DNA from: an uncultured Methanoregulaceae archaeon | GTDB taxonomy: Archaea; Halobacteriota; Methanomicrobia; Methanomicrobiales; Methanospirillaceae | Assembly (NCBI GenBank): GCA_963717525.1 | Contig: OY970343.1 | Location: forward strand, 800,001-864,000 | Direction of reading: 5' to 3' | Length of the DNA: 64,000 bases | In this document: piece by piece, positions 1 to 11,646 of the stretch | How the letters are laid out: the number at the start of each line of letters is the position of its first letter | How positions within the stretch are numbered: the stretch's first letter is position 1 | The notes under the pieces: generated by a model | Databases searched by the model: none | What the model saw: the letters and a program-made list of their open reading frames with translations, nothing else | What the model was told of the DNA's origin: nothing | Made by a program: the position numbers and the translations under genes

Positions 1-141
1 GGTGCTTGCGGCCAGGTCCTCGTCGCTGTGCTCGCCCTCCTTGGGGAATTTTTCTAGGAGGTTGAGTCCTTCATCACCGATCAGCCGGTGAATATATGCT
101 CGCATTGCCGTATTATTAAGCACTTCTTCTACAGGATCCAT
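1..141 (-). CDS. tfe: Transcription initiation factor E alpha (TFE), N-terminal 47 codons; gene runs off the window start
   Basis: Manual translation from ATG at 141: [47 protein letters not shown]. This resembles the TFE winged-helix start. The ATG overlaps the stop of the upstream gene (TGATG). Confidence 0.75.
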   Translation of the reverse strand, partial: MDPVEEVLNNTAMRAYIHRLIGDEGLNLLEKFPKEGEHSDEDLAAST

Positions 142-1214
142 CAGCGCATATATTGTCGGACAGTGCTAATATTCTTATCCAGCGCATCCAGTGCGGCACT
201 GCGGGTCTGTCCGGTCCCGGATACGCTGGTGATTGCCTGGTCTTCCTCAAAAAACGTTCCCGGCCATGGGATATCGGAGACCACAGGAGCAAGTGCTTTT
301 AAGTCCGCATCAAGGGTCAGGTCCCGGTCGGCAAAGAGAATCCGTCGTGCGGCATACTGCTGCACCCGCTGTGCTTCGGGAAGCGTCCCTGCGCAGGCAG
401 TGACATGGAACCGGAACAGGTTACATGCGTATGCCGTCTCGACCGTGTCAAGGGTGCCCTGGAAACGGGGGTTCACTTCGATGACCCGGGGCGTGTCGCG
501 GCCGATCACAAAGTCGATGCCAAGGGTCCCCGTGCAGCCGCTTGCCGCGGCGATCTTCTCGGCAAGAGCAACCATCACTCCCCCTGAGGGATGGTCAAAC
601 GGGGTCACCGACCCGGAGAACCCGAACGCGGATTCGCCATTGCCCCGGAGGAGCTGCTCGTTTACCGCGATCGCCCGGGCCGCGGTACCGTTTGCAATAC
701 AGCATACGCTGGCCGGGGTCCCTTTTGCCACTTCCTGCCGGATGTAGGGAACGCCCGGGTACAGGGCGGCCCATCCTTTTTCTGCAGCCGCATCGGGGAG
801 CACCGCGTTGCGCCACCCTCCGGCACCCCGGCGCGGCTTTGCCATTACCGGGTATTCATTGTCGGCAGCAATAGGGGGGACCGGGACGCCAAGACCTTCA
901 AAAAAACGCTGCATCTCCAGTTTATCAAGGAACTGCTCCACGCTTTCGCGGGGCGTTCCGCAGAGCGGTACCGGGAAGGAGAGGCTCTCGGCTCCTGAGG
1001 TTGCGATTGCAAAATCAAAGGAGTACCGCTTGCCCATCTGTGCTATGGCATCGGGGAGATCGGCAAGATCCTCAAACCGGATCCGGTCCCGGGTATACCA
1101 CGTAAGGTCCTGGTCACAGAAATGGTCGACCGCACATACCTCGTAACCGGCAAGCGCAGCGGACTGAGCCACGTGGCGCGTGGTAAACCCGGCGACGAGG
1201 ACCCGGCCTTTCAC
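141..1214 (-). CDS. ATP-grasp domain protein (predicted carboligase, archaeal COG2232-like)
   Basis: [12 protein letters not shown] and [12 protein letters not shown]-grasp motifs; DHFCDQD in the N-terminus. Confidence 0.85.
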   Translation of the reverse strand: MKGRVLVAGFTTRHVAQSAALAGYEVCAVDHFCDQDLTWYTRDRIRFEDLADLPDAIAQMGKRYSFDFAIATSGAESLSFPVPLCGTPRESVEQFLDKLEMQRFFEGLGVPVPPIAADNEYPVMAKPRRGAGGWRNAVLPDAAAEKGWAALYPGVPYIRQEVAKGTPASVCCIANGTAARAIAVNEQLLRGNGESAFGFSGSVTPFDHPSGGVMVALAEKIAAASGCTGTLGIDFVIGRDTPRVIEVNPRFQGTLDTVETAYACNLFRFHVTACAGTLPEAQRVQQYAARRILFADRDLTLDADLKALAPVVSDIPWPGTFFEEDQAITSVSGTGQTRSAALDALDKNISTVRQYMR

Positions 1215-1741
1215 AACTCCTCCGTCTGTTTCCCGGCCCGTGACGGCACGATACGGATCTTCGCGCCGGGAAACTCCCGGTTGAACTCCGTTCCCTCATA
1301 GAGGCGGTCCAGGAACAGTGCAAGACTTGCGATCTCCGAGTGGGGCTGGCCCGTCACAGCGACATTGTAGTCGGCAAGGCCGTACATCTCCCCGGGCACC
1401 TTCTCGGCCCCGACCACCACGAGGAGTTTTTCGCACGGCCGGATCTCGCCGATGATGTCGGGCAGGTTGATCCCGTACATCGTGAGGTGGACGACCTTTC
1501 CCCCGGCAGCCTTCCAGTCCTTAATGCAGGTACGCCACCGGACATCGTTCTCACAAAAAAAACTCCCCCCCCACCGGTCGGCAACGTCAAGGACACTCTG
1601 CACGACCCCCTTGTCGCTTGCGGCAAGATACATGCCGGCAGCGCCGAGTGCCCGGCCGGTCAGGGCCACATGGGTGGTCACCCGCTGGTCGCGCTCGGGC
1701 CGGTGGCCAATACGGAGTATGGCAACTTCCTTTCCCGTCAT
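1211..1741 (-). CDS. trm56: tRNA (cytidine56-2'-O)-methyltransferase (SPOUT)
   Basis: [30 protein letters not shown] and QPHSEI are signature segments of aTrm56. Confidence 0.95.
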   Translation of the reverse strand: MTGKEVAILRIGHRPERDQRVTTHVALTGRALGAAGMYLAASDKGVVQSVLDVADRWGGSFFCENDVRWRTCIKDWKAAGGKVVHLTMYGINLPDIIGEIRPCEKLLVVVGAEKVPGEMYGLADYNVAVTGQPHSEIASLALFLDRLYEGTEFNREFPGAKIRIVPSRAGKQTEEL

Positions 1742-1745
1742 GGTT

Positions 1746-2018
1746 CTACGTCTTCCTTGCCTTTATCATGCCATTTTCTATTACGTAGGGGAGCGTGGTA
1801 TCGTATTTTGCCTGGCATTTCACGAGTGCCTCCCCTACGGAGAGAACCCGCACCGTGCCGTCGGCCCGTTCAATGAGGAAGGAACGGTCGAGCCGGTCCA
1901 GCGAGGCGGCGACGGCTGCCCCATCCAGCCCGCTTTTGTCCGCTACGCCATCCGCAGTGATCCCCGGCTCCTGCGCGATGAGGTGGTAGATCAGCCAGTC
2001 GGCGTCCTCGTCTTTCAC
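1746..2018 (-). CDS. Small winged-helix (MarR-like) protein
   Basis: 90 aa, co-oriented in the operon; [22 protein letters not shown] has an HTH pattern. GTG start. Confidence 0.6.
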   Translation of the reverse strand: MKDEDADWLIYHLIAQEPGITADGVADKSGLDGAAVAASLDRLDRSFLIERADGTVRVLSVGEALVKCQAKYDTTLPYVIENGMIKARKT

Positions 2019-2114
2019 CTGTACTCATTCCCGCCCGGCTCCATTATAGTTTTTTGCCATCTGGCCTTTTATCCGCACGGCACCCTTTTTGCCCACCGGG
2101 GCAAACCATATCCC

Positions 2115-2525
2115 ATGGATAGTGAAGATGCCGCCCCCTCCTTTCCCGAACTGGTAAGGATCGCAGACTGCCTGCTTGAGGAGAGCGGCGAGGATGAGGA
2201 TGCATTCGTGCGCCGGCTGGAAACCCTGCCCGGGCCGGTACGACGCGAACTGCTGGTCTCGGATCTCCTGAACGCATGGCAGGTCTTTTATTATTTTTTC
2301 CACACGGTACCGGACGAGCTGGTGCGGGAACGGCTCGAACTCGAACCTGCGTCATCGCTTGTTGAGGGTGTGGAGATCGACGAGATCGAGATGCTGGTAC
2401 GGGTGTTCCGGGTCAGGGATGGCATACCGGAGATTGTGGTGACCGACGGGAAAGATCCCCTGAAAACATTCTCGGGCGCGAGTGCGGTTGCCGACAGTCT
2501 TTCCTATATTGAGGCGACGCTATAG
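2115..2525 (+). CDS. Hypothetical acidic protein
   Basis: 3' part of ORF 1452..2525 from the ATG at 2115 (MDSEDAAPSF...). It fills the gap between minus-strand genes. Confidence 0.65.
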   Translation: MDSEDAAPSFPELVRIADCLLEESGEDEDAFVRRLETLPGPVRRELLVSDLLNAWQVFYYFFHTVPDELVRERLELEPASSLVEGVEIDEIEMLVRVFRVRDGIPEIVVTDGKDPLKTFSGASAVADSLSYIEATL

Positions 2526-3233
2526 CCGGTCCCCGGCAGCGATCAGCTGTTCGTCAACCCTGGCGGGAATGACCGGGGGTACGTGTCCCCACTGCACGAC
2601 CGTCTCTCCCATAATGGCATAGACTCCCTGCACCCTGCCCGGGTCAATATGGTCAAGAATCCGACGGTCATCCGGGAGCAGCTCGTTGCAAATTGCGGTT
2701 GCCCATGCATCGGCATCGAGGGGGTCGCGTGCGAAGATCGTGACCGCATCCGCGACCCCGAACGAGATGGACGGGCCGACGGTCGCCGATGAGGTACAGA
2801 TACCAAACGGCTCCCTGTGCGGCGGGACGACAAAAGCGATCCGGTCCGAGAGCGGGGCGGATCCTGCATGAACGCCCACCCGTACGTCACGGTCACTGAT
2901 GAGCGCGATATCACCGCCGTTATCGATCACGCCAAATGTGGCCCCGGCCCCGATCATGGCATCGATGCCTGCGGCTGCGATGGCTCCCGCCACGGTTGCC
3001 ATGGGCCCGACGCCGGCATGTGCGGCCGCGTCTGCCATATGCCGTATCAGGGATTCATCCGCATCCGGCTCGTAGGGAAAAAACGTGCTTGCAAAAAAAG
3101 GGTCGCGGGCGATGTAGGCCTCGAGGACCTGCCGGGCGGCGATCATGCCCTCCTTTGCCGCGGCCGCGTGGGCAGGTGTTTCAGCGAGGATCGCGGCGAA
3201 GGTTTCCCGGTACCGGAACGTCTCGCGGATCAT
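2520..3233 (-). CDS. UPF0280/ApbE-like protein (COG2122), linked to sulfide assimilation
   Basis: VGPMATVAGAIA, DNGGDI and GICTSSATVGPSISFG motifs; start MIRETF at 3233; adjacent to the homocysteine genes. Confidence 0.9.
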   Translation of the reverse strand: MIRETFRYRETFAAILAETPAHAAAAKEGMIAARQVLEAYIARDPFFASTFFPYEPDADESLIRHMADAAAHAGVGPMATVAGAIAAAGIDAMIGAGATFGVIDNGGDIALISDRDVRVGVHAGSAPLSDRIAFVVPPHREPFGICTSSATVGPSISFGVADAVTIFARDPLDADAWATAICNELLPDDRRILDHIDPGRVQGVYAIMGETVVQWGHVPPVIPARVDEQLIAAGDRL

Positions 3234-3616
3234 AGGGGGAGCGTAAGCGCCTGGTGCGGGCAGGCGGGGACGCACTTACCGCAGAGAATGCACCGGTCTT
3301 CTGCGAGGGTAAGTTTCCAGTCTGCATCAAACGAGAAGACCTCCCGGGGGCAGATCGAGATACAGGCGCCGCAGTCCACGCACTCGCTCGTATCGAGGTT
3401 GATCCCGTGTTCGAGCAGCCTCACGGTCGCCCCGTGCCGGGTCATGCTGTTACGGACGAGCTGGCACTGGTCGTCAGGCACCTCGATGAGTGCCTCGCCC
3501 TCGGATGAGTCGATCAAGGCCCGTTCCACACTGATGAGGACGCCGGTGTCTTTTACCACCTGTGCGATGATCGGGGCATTTTCCCTTCCCTTGGAGAAGG
3601 TTACGAGCAGTTTCAT
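3230..3616 (-). CDS. NIL-domain 2x[4Fe-4S] ferredoxin (MA1822-like partner of the homocysteine-forming enzyme)
   Basis: Two CxxCxxCxxxCP motifs after an N-terminal NIL-like domain; start MKLLVTF at 3616. Confidence 0.9.
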   Translation of the reverse strand: MKLLVTFSKGRENAPIIAQVVKDTGVLISVERALIDSSEGEALIEVPDDQCQLVRNSMTRHGATVRLLEHGINLDTSECVDCGACISICPREVFSFDADWKLTLAEDRCILCGKCVPACPHQALTLPL

Positions 3617-5121
3617 TTCAGCCACCTCCCCCCGAAGAGCTTCCCGAGGTTTATGGCGGTGAGCATGCCGATCACGTGGCGATCCTGGTCGAGGACCGGC
3701 AGTGCACTGATGTTGTTCTGTTCGAGTTTCCGGACCGCGATATCAACCGCTTCTTCGGTGGTTGTGGTCACGACCTTCTTTTTCATGATATCGCCGACGG
3801 TGCTTGCCTTGCCCGGGTTAGCGACTGCCTTTGAGACATCAAAGGTGGTCACGATCCCCACCAGCCTCCCGTCGCTTCCTAATACCGGCAGGTGGTTGGT
3901 CTCCCCCTTGAGGAGTTTTTGCGCGGCAGTCCGGATCTCCTCATTCTCTCCCACGCTCACGATGTGCCGGTCCATGATGTCCATTACACGGGGGCCTTTT
4001 GTGCTCTCGTGCATCGGGTGCACCTTCTTTGCCGCGTCGATGGGCCGGGTGGGGAGCGCGAGCTGCATCCTGCCTTTCTCGATCCAGGCTTTGAGTTCCC
4101 CGGCGACCTGGCGTGCCCTGTGGAAGCTCGAGAGGGACGATGTCCGCACCACCTCCCCGTTGATCTCCACCGCGCCGGACCTGAGTTCGGCATAGGTCAC
4201 GCTCCGGACCGGGGGACGGGCCCGGCTGGGAACGCCGTAATCGAGAAGGTCGACCGATATATCCTCGTCCCGTACCGCGGTCGCCCGGACAACGTCAAGG
4301 TCGAGGACCGGCAGCGGTACCCCGAGCCCGACGTACAGGGTGACGCCGTACCCGGTCATGGTTGCGGCGCGGAGGTAATCAGGGGACATCTCTTTGAGGT
4401 TGCCGGTCACCATCAGCGTGCCAAAGCCGCCGGCCGGCGAGTGCTGGGTCCCCTCACCAACCACCATTCCCTGTGCGCCGCACAGGAAGATCGGGACGCC
4501 GCCTCCGATGAGCCGGAGTTTGGGATCATTCGAGATGGGGTTGAGTACTCCCGCGCCCGAGAAGGTGATGTTGCCGGTATGGGGAAGGAGCGTTCCCATG
4601 TAGGTATGCAGGAGACGGTCGGTGGTATTGGTCGCTGCATTGTACCGCTGGTAGGCATTCCGCGGGTTGCACATGATCGCCTGGTTGAGGTTTTCGAGGA
4701 GCAGTTCGGTCGAAATTGACCTGCGCGGGTAGCAGTCGGTACCCCGGGAGGACGCCCGCAGCTCCACCGATTTTCCCGAGACGAGGTCTTCGATGACGTG
4801 GGCGCCGCCATACCTCTCGTCCAGCGTATCAGACTGCTGGGTTGCCCCGATATAGGTGTCAACGGCGGCAAGACCCCCGTATGCCTCGACGTCGTTTAAC
4901 CAGATCCGCTCCATCCGGATCGGGGGTTCCGAATGCCCGAAATTCAGGAACGCTCCCGATGAACACATCGCCCCGAACGTCCCGGTGGTGACGACGTCTA
5001 CTTCCTTCAGTGCGCCCTCCTCGCCCAGCTCGTCAACGATGCGGGGCATCTCCTCCGCGGTGACAACACGGGCACTGCCGTCACGGATGCGCTCGTTGAT
5101 CTGCCCGATGGACTTGTGCAT
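3613..5121 (-). CDS. L-aspartate semialdehyde sulfurtransferase (DUF39 + 2 CBS; MA1821-like homocysteine biosynthesis)
   Basis: VDVVTTGTFGAMCSSGA, GTDCYPR and NPRNAYQ motifs plus a C-terminal CBS pair; start MHKSIGQ at 5121. Confidence 0.93.
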   Translation of the reverse strand: MHKSIGQINERIRDGSARVVTAEEMPRIVDELGEEGALKEVDVVTTGTFGAMCSSGAFLNFGHSEPPIRMERIWLNDVEAYGGLAAVDTYIGATQQSDTLDERYGGAHVIEDLVSGKSVELRASSRGTDCYPRRSISTELLLENLNQAIMCNPRNAYQRYNAATNTTDRLLHTYMGTLLPHTGNITFSGAGVLNPISNDPKLRLIGGGVPIFLCGAQGMVVGEGTQHSPAGGFGTLMVTGNLKEMSPDYLRAATMTGYGVTLYVGLGVPLPVLDLDVVRATAVRDEDISVDLLDYGVPSRARPPVRSVTYAELRSGAVEINGEVVRTSSLSSFHRARQVAGELKAWIEKGRMQLALPTRPIDAAKKVHPMHESTKGPRVMDIMDRHIVSVGENEEIRTAAQKLLKGETNHLPVLGSDGRLVGIVTTFDVSKAVANPGKASTVGDIMKKKVVTTTTEEAVDIAVRKLEQNNISALPVLDQDRHVIGMLTAINLGKLFGGRWLK

Positions 5122-5213
5122 GGCTGAAAATATCGTTTTATGAATATTAAAACTCATTGCTATTACCTCAGGTAATATATGGTATATATTCCCGTCCAGC
5201 GTTATTCCTGTAT

Positions 5214-5921
5214 ATGCAGCTGCGTGCTTTTGCAGAGGAGATGGAAGCGCTCGCCCCGCCATCGCTTGCCGAAGAGTTCGATGCCGGCAGGATCGGGCTT
5301 GTTATCGAAGGGAGGCCGGAGATACAAAAGGTCTGTTGTGCGCTGGACTCAACGCCCGCGGTGGTCCGGAAAGCAGTAGCCTCCGGGGCCGATATGCTTG
5401 TTGTCCACCACACGCCCCTCTGGACGCCGCTGACCACACTTACCGGGCCCACTGCGACCCTTGCGCGCGAGATCCTCGCCGGGGGATTGAATGTGTACGT
5501 AATGCACACGAATTTCGACCACGCAGCCGGGGGCGTGAACGATGCGCTTGCCGATCTTCTCGGCCTTGCGGACTGCCGGCCCCTGTCCCTGGGCCTTGTT
5601 GGTACCTGCACGCTCACGCTCCCGGAAATTGCAGAGAGGCTGGACGGGAGCCTGCGGATCTGGGGAAAACTCCTGTCGCACCGGCAGCTGGGCGTGGTTG
5701 CCGGCAGCGGTTTTGATCTCCCGCTTATGGCAGAAGCGCAGGCGCTCGGGGCCGAAGCGTTCCTCTCGTCTGAAATGAAACTTTCAGTAGCACGGGCTGC
5801 CCCGCTTCCCTGCATCGAATCGACCCACTATGCGCTGGAATCGCCGGCCATGCGGCGTCTTGCTGCACAGAAAGGCTGGCAGTATATCGACGATCCCCCA
5901 CTCCTTGCTGTGTACCCATGA
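5214..5921 (+). CDS. Nif3-like dinuclear metal-centre protein
   Basis: VVHHT, HTNFD, GGVND and THYALE motifs; start MQLRAF at 5214. Confidence 0.92.
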   Translation: MQLRAFAEEMEALAPPSLAEEFDAGRIGLVIEGRPEIQKVCCALDSTPAVVRKAVASGADMLVVHHTPLWTPLTTLTGPTATLAREILAGGLNVYVMHTNFDHAAGGVNDALADLLGLADCRPLSLGLVGTCTLTLPEIAERLDGSLRIWGKLLSHRQLGVVAGSGFDLPLMAEAQALGAEAFLSSEMKLSVARAAPLPCIESTHYALESPAMRRLAAQKGWQYIDDPPLLAVYP

Positions 5922-6235
5922 GCGATCCATGGACGTTGCTTGGCGAGAGAAAGATCCTTGACGATGAGATCCGGGCTGCGCTTGTCGCCCAGTTTGGGAC
6001 TCGGGGGAAGAAGGCGCTGGACGCCATTGACCATCATCTTGTAAAAAAATACCTCGACTTTTTTGTGGTCACCGGTTCCTCCGGCGATTATGTTATCAGT
6101 GAAGGTGTCTGTACCTGCCCGGATTTTGCGTTCCGGCAGAAACCCTGCTGGCACCTTATCGCCGTCAGGATTGCCGAGGCAACCGGGATATTCGAGACCG
6201 TCGATACATGGTACCAGGAGACCTGGAAAGGGTAA
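5918..6235 (+). CDS. SWIM zinc-finger protein
   Basis: CTCPDF...PCWH SWIM motif. Confidence 0.85.
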   Translation: MSDPWTLLGERKILDDEIRAALVAQFGTRGKKALDAIDHHLVKKYLDFFVVTGSSGDYVISEGVCTCPDFAFRQKPCWHLIAVRIAEATGIFETVDTWYQETWKG

Positions 6236-6363
6236 CGGGCCGAACGTTACCAGTTGGATCTGCCCGGTTTCAAAAACGGTACACCGATACGGGAAAGATC
6301 CAAAATTTCCCGGGAACCGGCCTGCCCGAATGTCACCCGTGCGTGGTATGCCGGGACGCTGTC

Positions 6364-7571
6364 TCACCACAGGATGACATCTACGGTGCTTCCCTTTTCG
6401 AGCCCTTCGCATCCGGCCGGGATACAGACAAGCCCGTCGCTCCGGACAAGGGTATTGAGCAGGCCTGACTTGCCAAAGATCGGGTAAGCGATCCCTTCCT
6501 CCAGCCTGACCCGGACATACTCCTCGCGGCCCTTCTGGGAGGGGATGCTGTCGCCAAGGGTGGCTTTTGTGGTCTGCAGGTGCGGCTTTTTCTCGCCAAG
6601 CATCCGGGAAAGAAGCGGCCGGACAATCACCAGGAGCACGACATATGCCGAGGCCGGGTGGCCGGGCAGACCGATGACCGGTTTATTATCGATCGTACCG
6701 ATAATGGTCGGCTTGCCGGGAGCAATGGTGATCCCGTGGACCAGCACCGTGCCCCTGCCGGCAATAACGCTGCCGGTCATATCACGGTCATCCTTGGAAC
6801 TTCCCCCGGAGAGGAGAACCACATCACATTCCGGGAGGGCCTGTGATAACGCAATCCCGAACGACTCCTGTTCGTCCCGCACAATCCCGTAGAGCCGGGG
6901 GGTGCACCCGTACTCGCGGAGGTATGCCGCAAGCATGGCAGCGTTGGCATCCCGGACCTGCCCCGGCCCGGGCGTGGCCGTCACCGGCACGAGCTCGTTA
7001 CCGGTCGAAATGATCCCGATCACTGGCTGTTTTGCAACAATAACCGAGGTCCTGCCACAGGCAGCAAGCACGCCGGCATCCTGAGGGGAGAGCCTGCGCC
7101 CGGACGGGAGGACAACTGCACCGCGCCGGTAATCTTCGTCATGCAGGAGCACATTCTCACCGTATGCCACGGGGCGTTTCACGAGCACCGTGTCGCCGGC
7201 CGCGTCTGTATGCTCCACCATGACGACTGCATTGGCACCTTTTGGGAGGACACCCCCGGTCGGGATATACACGCATGTGCCATGCATGACCGAAAGGCCG
7301 CGCTCCCCTTCGCCCATGGATACCCGTCCGGTACACTGGAGAAGTGCAGGAGCCGAGTCGCCGGCCCTGAGGTGTCTTCTGCCCTGACGGCAAAACCGTC
7401 AACGACGGACCGGTCGAAACCGGGAATATCCTCCCCCGCGATCACATCTGCACAGAGTACGCGTCCCGGTGCACTATCTGCCGGGATCTCTTCTGGTACC
7501 GGTGCCGGGGCAATATGGACAGCAGTGGCAATTGCCTCAGGGACGTCAACAATATGCATGAACCTGCTCAT
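6364..7571 (-). CDS. moeA: Molybdopterin molybdotransferase; one frameshift near 7366 (G-run one base short on the coding strand)
   Basis: PGFDRSVVDGFAV in ORF 7179..7571; STGNEL, SGGSS, PGKP and GLPGHP in ORF 6364..7317. Confidence 0.92.
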
Positions 7572-8179
7572 ACCAGAAGCACGCCCGTGACACCTGTATC
7601 CTGGTGCAGTTTATCGTCCTGTCCCTGATTGGCCGGCAAAAAATGGAGGGTCCTTTTTTGCAGGGCCACCACGGGAGATCCCGGCATCTCCCGGGTGCCC
7701 GTCCCCGGCACTGCCAACCCGCTCCTCTCATAACGCATGATCAGCTGTTTTGGTTTACTTGTTTATTCTTTTTACTTCTTTTGTATGATTTTTCATAGCA
7801 GGCCCGGTGCGTGTGAAAAAGGCACATAAAAAAGTCGCCCGGCTATAACGTGAAATAATCGCAGGGATGAGTAGCGACAAAAGATAAACGATTGTGTTGA
7901 GTTTTTCCGGGGCCGGCTCAACATTAGACAGTTCCTCTTTTTAGAAAACTACGGCGCACCAGGGATCTTTGCCAGGACAATTTGTCATCGCAAACCCTTT
8001 TTTCCTTCGCGGGCAAATAAAAGATGAATGAACGGAACACCAGTACTCCGGAGGGATCGTCTCGCCCCGTCAGCCTTTTTGGGAATTGTCCCGGGACAGG
8101 ATCTCTTTGTGCCCTCCCGCGGAACTGGCCAACGACGTTACAGGATATTCCTGAATACTCTCCCATGGAGGTGCGTTTG

Positions 8180-10926
8180 ATGCTTGAAGAAGAATATCAG
8201 CTGGAATATTTCAAAAATCAGGGGTTTATACGGAAGATCTGCAAATCCTGTGGCTCCGCCTTCTGGACGCGCGACAGCTCCCGTGAGGACTGCGGCGATG
8301 CACCCTGTGTAACCTACACCTTCATCGGCAGTCCCGTGTTCACCCCCCATACGATCGATGAGATGCGCGAGGCCTTCCTCTCCTTTTTTGAAAAGAATGG
8401 GCACACACGCATCGAGCGCTACCCGGTAGTGGCACGCTGGCGGGATGATATCTACCTGACCATCGCCTCCATCGCCGATTTCCAGCCGTTTGTTACTGCA
8501 GGAATTGTCCCGCCGCCTGCAAACCCGCTCACCATCTCCCAGCCCTGCATACGGTTGAACGACCTTGACTCGGTCGGAAAGTCCGGGCGGCACCTGACCA
8601 CATTCGAAATGCTCGCCCACCATGCATTCAACACGCCGACAGAAGAGACTCTACTGGAAAGACCGCACCGTGGAACTCTGCGACCAGTTCCTCGCGTCCA
8701 TCGGTGGCGACCTCAATAAAGTCACGTACAAGGAACACCCGTGGATCGGCGGAGGGAACGCGGGGCCGAGCGTCGAGGTTATGATCGGGGGCCTCGAGGT
8801 TGCGACCCTTGTCTTCATGTACCTTGGCAGGCAGAAGACAAATCACCCGGGCTATGATCTCAACGGCGAGATGTACTACCCGATGAAGCTCCGCATTGTC
8901 GATACCGGCTACGGACTGGAACGGCTGGTCTGGGCCTCGAAAGGGTCCCCTACCATCTACGACGCGGTCTTCCCTGATATGGTCAGCCGGGTCATGAGCT
9001 CCGCCGGGATCTCGCACCTCCTTGAAAACAAGGACTATACGAAGATCCTTGCCATGAACGCCCGGTTTGCGGGGCTTATGGACATCTCCGGCTCCAATCT
9101 CTTCAACCTGCGAAAGAAAGTCGCCGCAGCCATCGAGATCTCGCCGGAGAAACTCGACCGGATGATCACCCCTGTCGAAAAGGTATATGCGATCGTTGAT
9201 CACACCCGGTGCCTTGCCTATATGCTCGGTGACTGCATCGTCCCCTCGAACGTCCGGGAAGGCTACCTCGCCCGGCTTGTCATCCGCAGGACGTTGCGGA
9301 TGATGAACGAGTTTAAGATGCAGGACACGCTCGCCGATCTCATCGAGGAGCAGATGAAGATCATCGGGATGAACAAGTTCGAACAGGACATCGCCATCGT
9401 CCGCGAGATCGTTGACCGTGAAGTCGAAAAGTACGCGGTAACGCTCGATCGCGGGACCCGGATCGTCCAGAAGGTTGCAAGGACATACAAGGCAAAGAGC
9501 CAGCGAGTGCCGCTCTCCGAGATCATCACCCTGTACGACTCCCACGGCATCCCCCCCGAGATGATCAAGGATATCGCCACGAAAGAAGGCGCCGTCATCG
9601 ATCTCCCGGACAACTTCTACTCCCAGATCGCCGACATGCACTCTGAATCCAAGAAGGAGGCAGTCGTGGATAAAACCGCCCCGTACGCAGACCGGGTCAG
9701 CGGACTTCCCCCCACAAAGAAACTTTACTACGAGCAGCCCGGGGATACCGAGTTCGAGGCGGTGGTCATTGACTTCTTCGACGAGTACGCTGTCCTCGAC
9801 CAGACGCTCTTTTACCCGGAGGGCGGTGGACAGCCGGCAGATACCGGAAGTCTTGTCGGGCCGGAGAGCATGGCCCGCGTCGACGATGTCGTGAAGGTTG
9901 GCGAGGTCATCCTCCACCACGTCAGCGGTGGCGTCCTGCAGCGCGGCGAACGGGTTAAAGGTATGGTCGATGAGGAGCGGCGGTTCTCGCTGATGCGCCA
10001 CCACACGGCCACCCATATCCTCCTCCATGCAGCAAAAGAGGTGCTTGGTGTCCATATCCACCAGTCCGGGGCGCAGAAAGGGGCAGAGAGCTCGCGTATT
10101 GATATCCGCCATTTCAAGCACATCACTCCCGACGAACTGCGGAAGATCGAGATTGCGGCCAACCGGATGGTGATGGCGAACCAGCCGGTCGAGATCTCCA
10201 TCGAGAACCGTACCAAAGCCGAGCAGGAATACGGCTTTTCCCTGTACCAGGGAGGTGTCCCGCAGGGTAAGGACCTCCGGGTGGTCAAAGTCGCCGGTGA
10301 TATCGAAGCCTGCGCTGGCACCCACTGCCGGAGCACCGGGGAGGTTGGGGCGATCAAGATCCTCAGGGTTGAGCATATCCAGGACGGGATCGAGCGGATA
10401 GAGTTTGCAGCAGGAACCGCTGCGATCTACTCTATGCAGCACCTGGAGCAGATCGCTTCTTCGTCTGCTGATGTCCTCTCTGTCCAGCTCGAAAATCTCC
10501 CGCCGACCGTAACCAGATTCTTTACTGAATGGAAAGACCAGAAAAAAGAGATCGACCGCATGAGCCAGAGGCTCGTGGACCTCGAAATTTCGACGATCCA
10601 CGCCGAGACTATGGGGGGGATCCCGGTCGTTGTGAGACGAATCGATCTTGCACCCCGCGAACTCTCGACGATCGCTACAGCCATTTCAGAAAAAGGCGGT
10701 GTTGCCCTCCTCGCTGCAACGGGGGGGACTGCACGGGTGGTCCTTGCCTCGGGCGACCCACGGGTCAATGCTGGGGAGATTATCGGGCAGGCTCTGCGGA
10801 CTCCTTGGCGGCAAAGGCGGAGGAAAACCCCAGATGGCCCAGGGTGGCGGGCCTGACGTGGATAAACTGGATCTTGCCCTGAACGTGGGACGCGAGCGCA
10901 TCATTGCGGCGCTGCAGAAGAAATGA
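8180..10926 (+). CDS. alaS: Alanine--tRNA ligase; two apparent frameshifts (about 8648 and 10791)
   Basis: MLEEEY start, [29 protein letters not shown] editing motifs and a GGKGGG DHHA1 end, spread over three consecutive ORFs. Confidence 0.97.
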
Positions 10927-11523
10927 CCATGACCGGAGAGGTAGTCGGTACTGGAACCGGGTGACGAACAGGCGCAGAAGATAGCAAAAGCCATGGCAAG
11001 CCAGACGGCAAGCGACATTCTCTCTCTCCTTGCGCTTGGTACAAAAAGCCTCACCGACATCACCGAGCAGCTTAAGATCCCCCTCACCACCGCAAAGTAC
11101 CACGCCGGGAACCTGCTCGATGCCGGCCTCATTAAGGTCTCAGAGACACGGTACAGCATCAAAGGGCGCGAGGTGAAGATGTACACGCTCACCGATCGGC
11201 TCCTGATTGTCGCGCCAAAACGAACCAATGTCAGGGATCTGCTCCTCAAGTACAGCTCTCTTTTTGGAATCGTTATTGCCGGAACGCTCGCGGTTTTTGC
11301 CATCGTTCCCCTGCTCTCTTCACAGGCATTACCGGAAGCAGCCCCCCTCATGACAGCCGGTGCTGAATCGGGGGCCGGGATGTATGCGGCAAAAGCTGTG
11401 GTACCCAATGCTGTGGCTCCGGCGTCACCCCTCGATCCGGCGCTTGCCTTCTTCCTAGGGGGGGTACTGGTTATAGGTGTCCTGCTCTGCTACGAAGCCT
11501 GGCTCTGGAAGACGCGGCGCTGA
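10923..11523 (+). CDS. ArsR-family wHTH regulator with two C-terminal TM helices; apparent frameshift at about 10947
   Basis: Removing one G gives [29 protein letters not shown]..., then KSLTDITEQLKIPLTTAKYH HTH, SIKGREVKMY wing and two hydrophobic segments. Confidence 0.8.
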
Positions 11524-11646
11524 AATACCGGCAAAAATACACAAGCGCAGAGAGCTTTACCTTCTTTATTGATTTATTACAAGAATTCCGGTCCTGACCG
11601 CTGGATACAAGGCAGTGACCGCCAAAAAAGGGTTGGATATTTAAGA

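Noticed and set aside
2520..5121. DUF39-CBS / NIL-ferredoxin / ApbE-like cluster as a novel system
   Set aside because: Already described as the methanogen homocysteine and sulfide-assimilation module.
8628..10601. 657-aa minus-strand ORF, and many similar long antisense ORFs
   Set aside because: Antisense shadow of alaS caused by GC-rich codon bias; no recognisable motifs.
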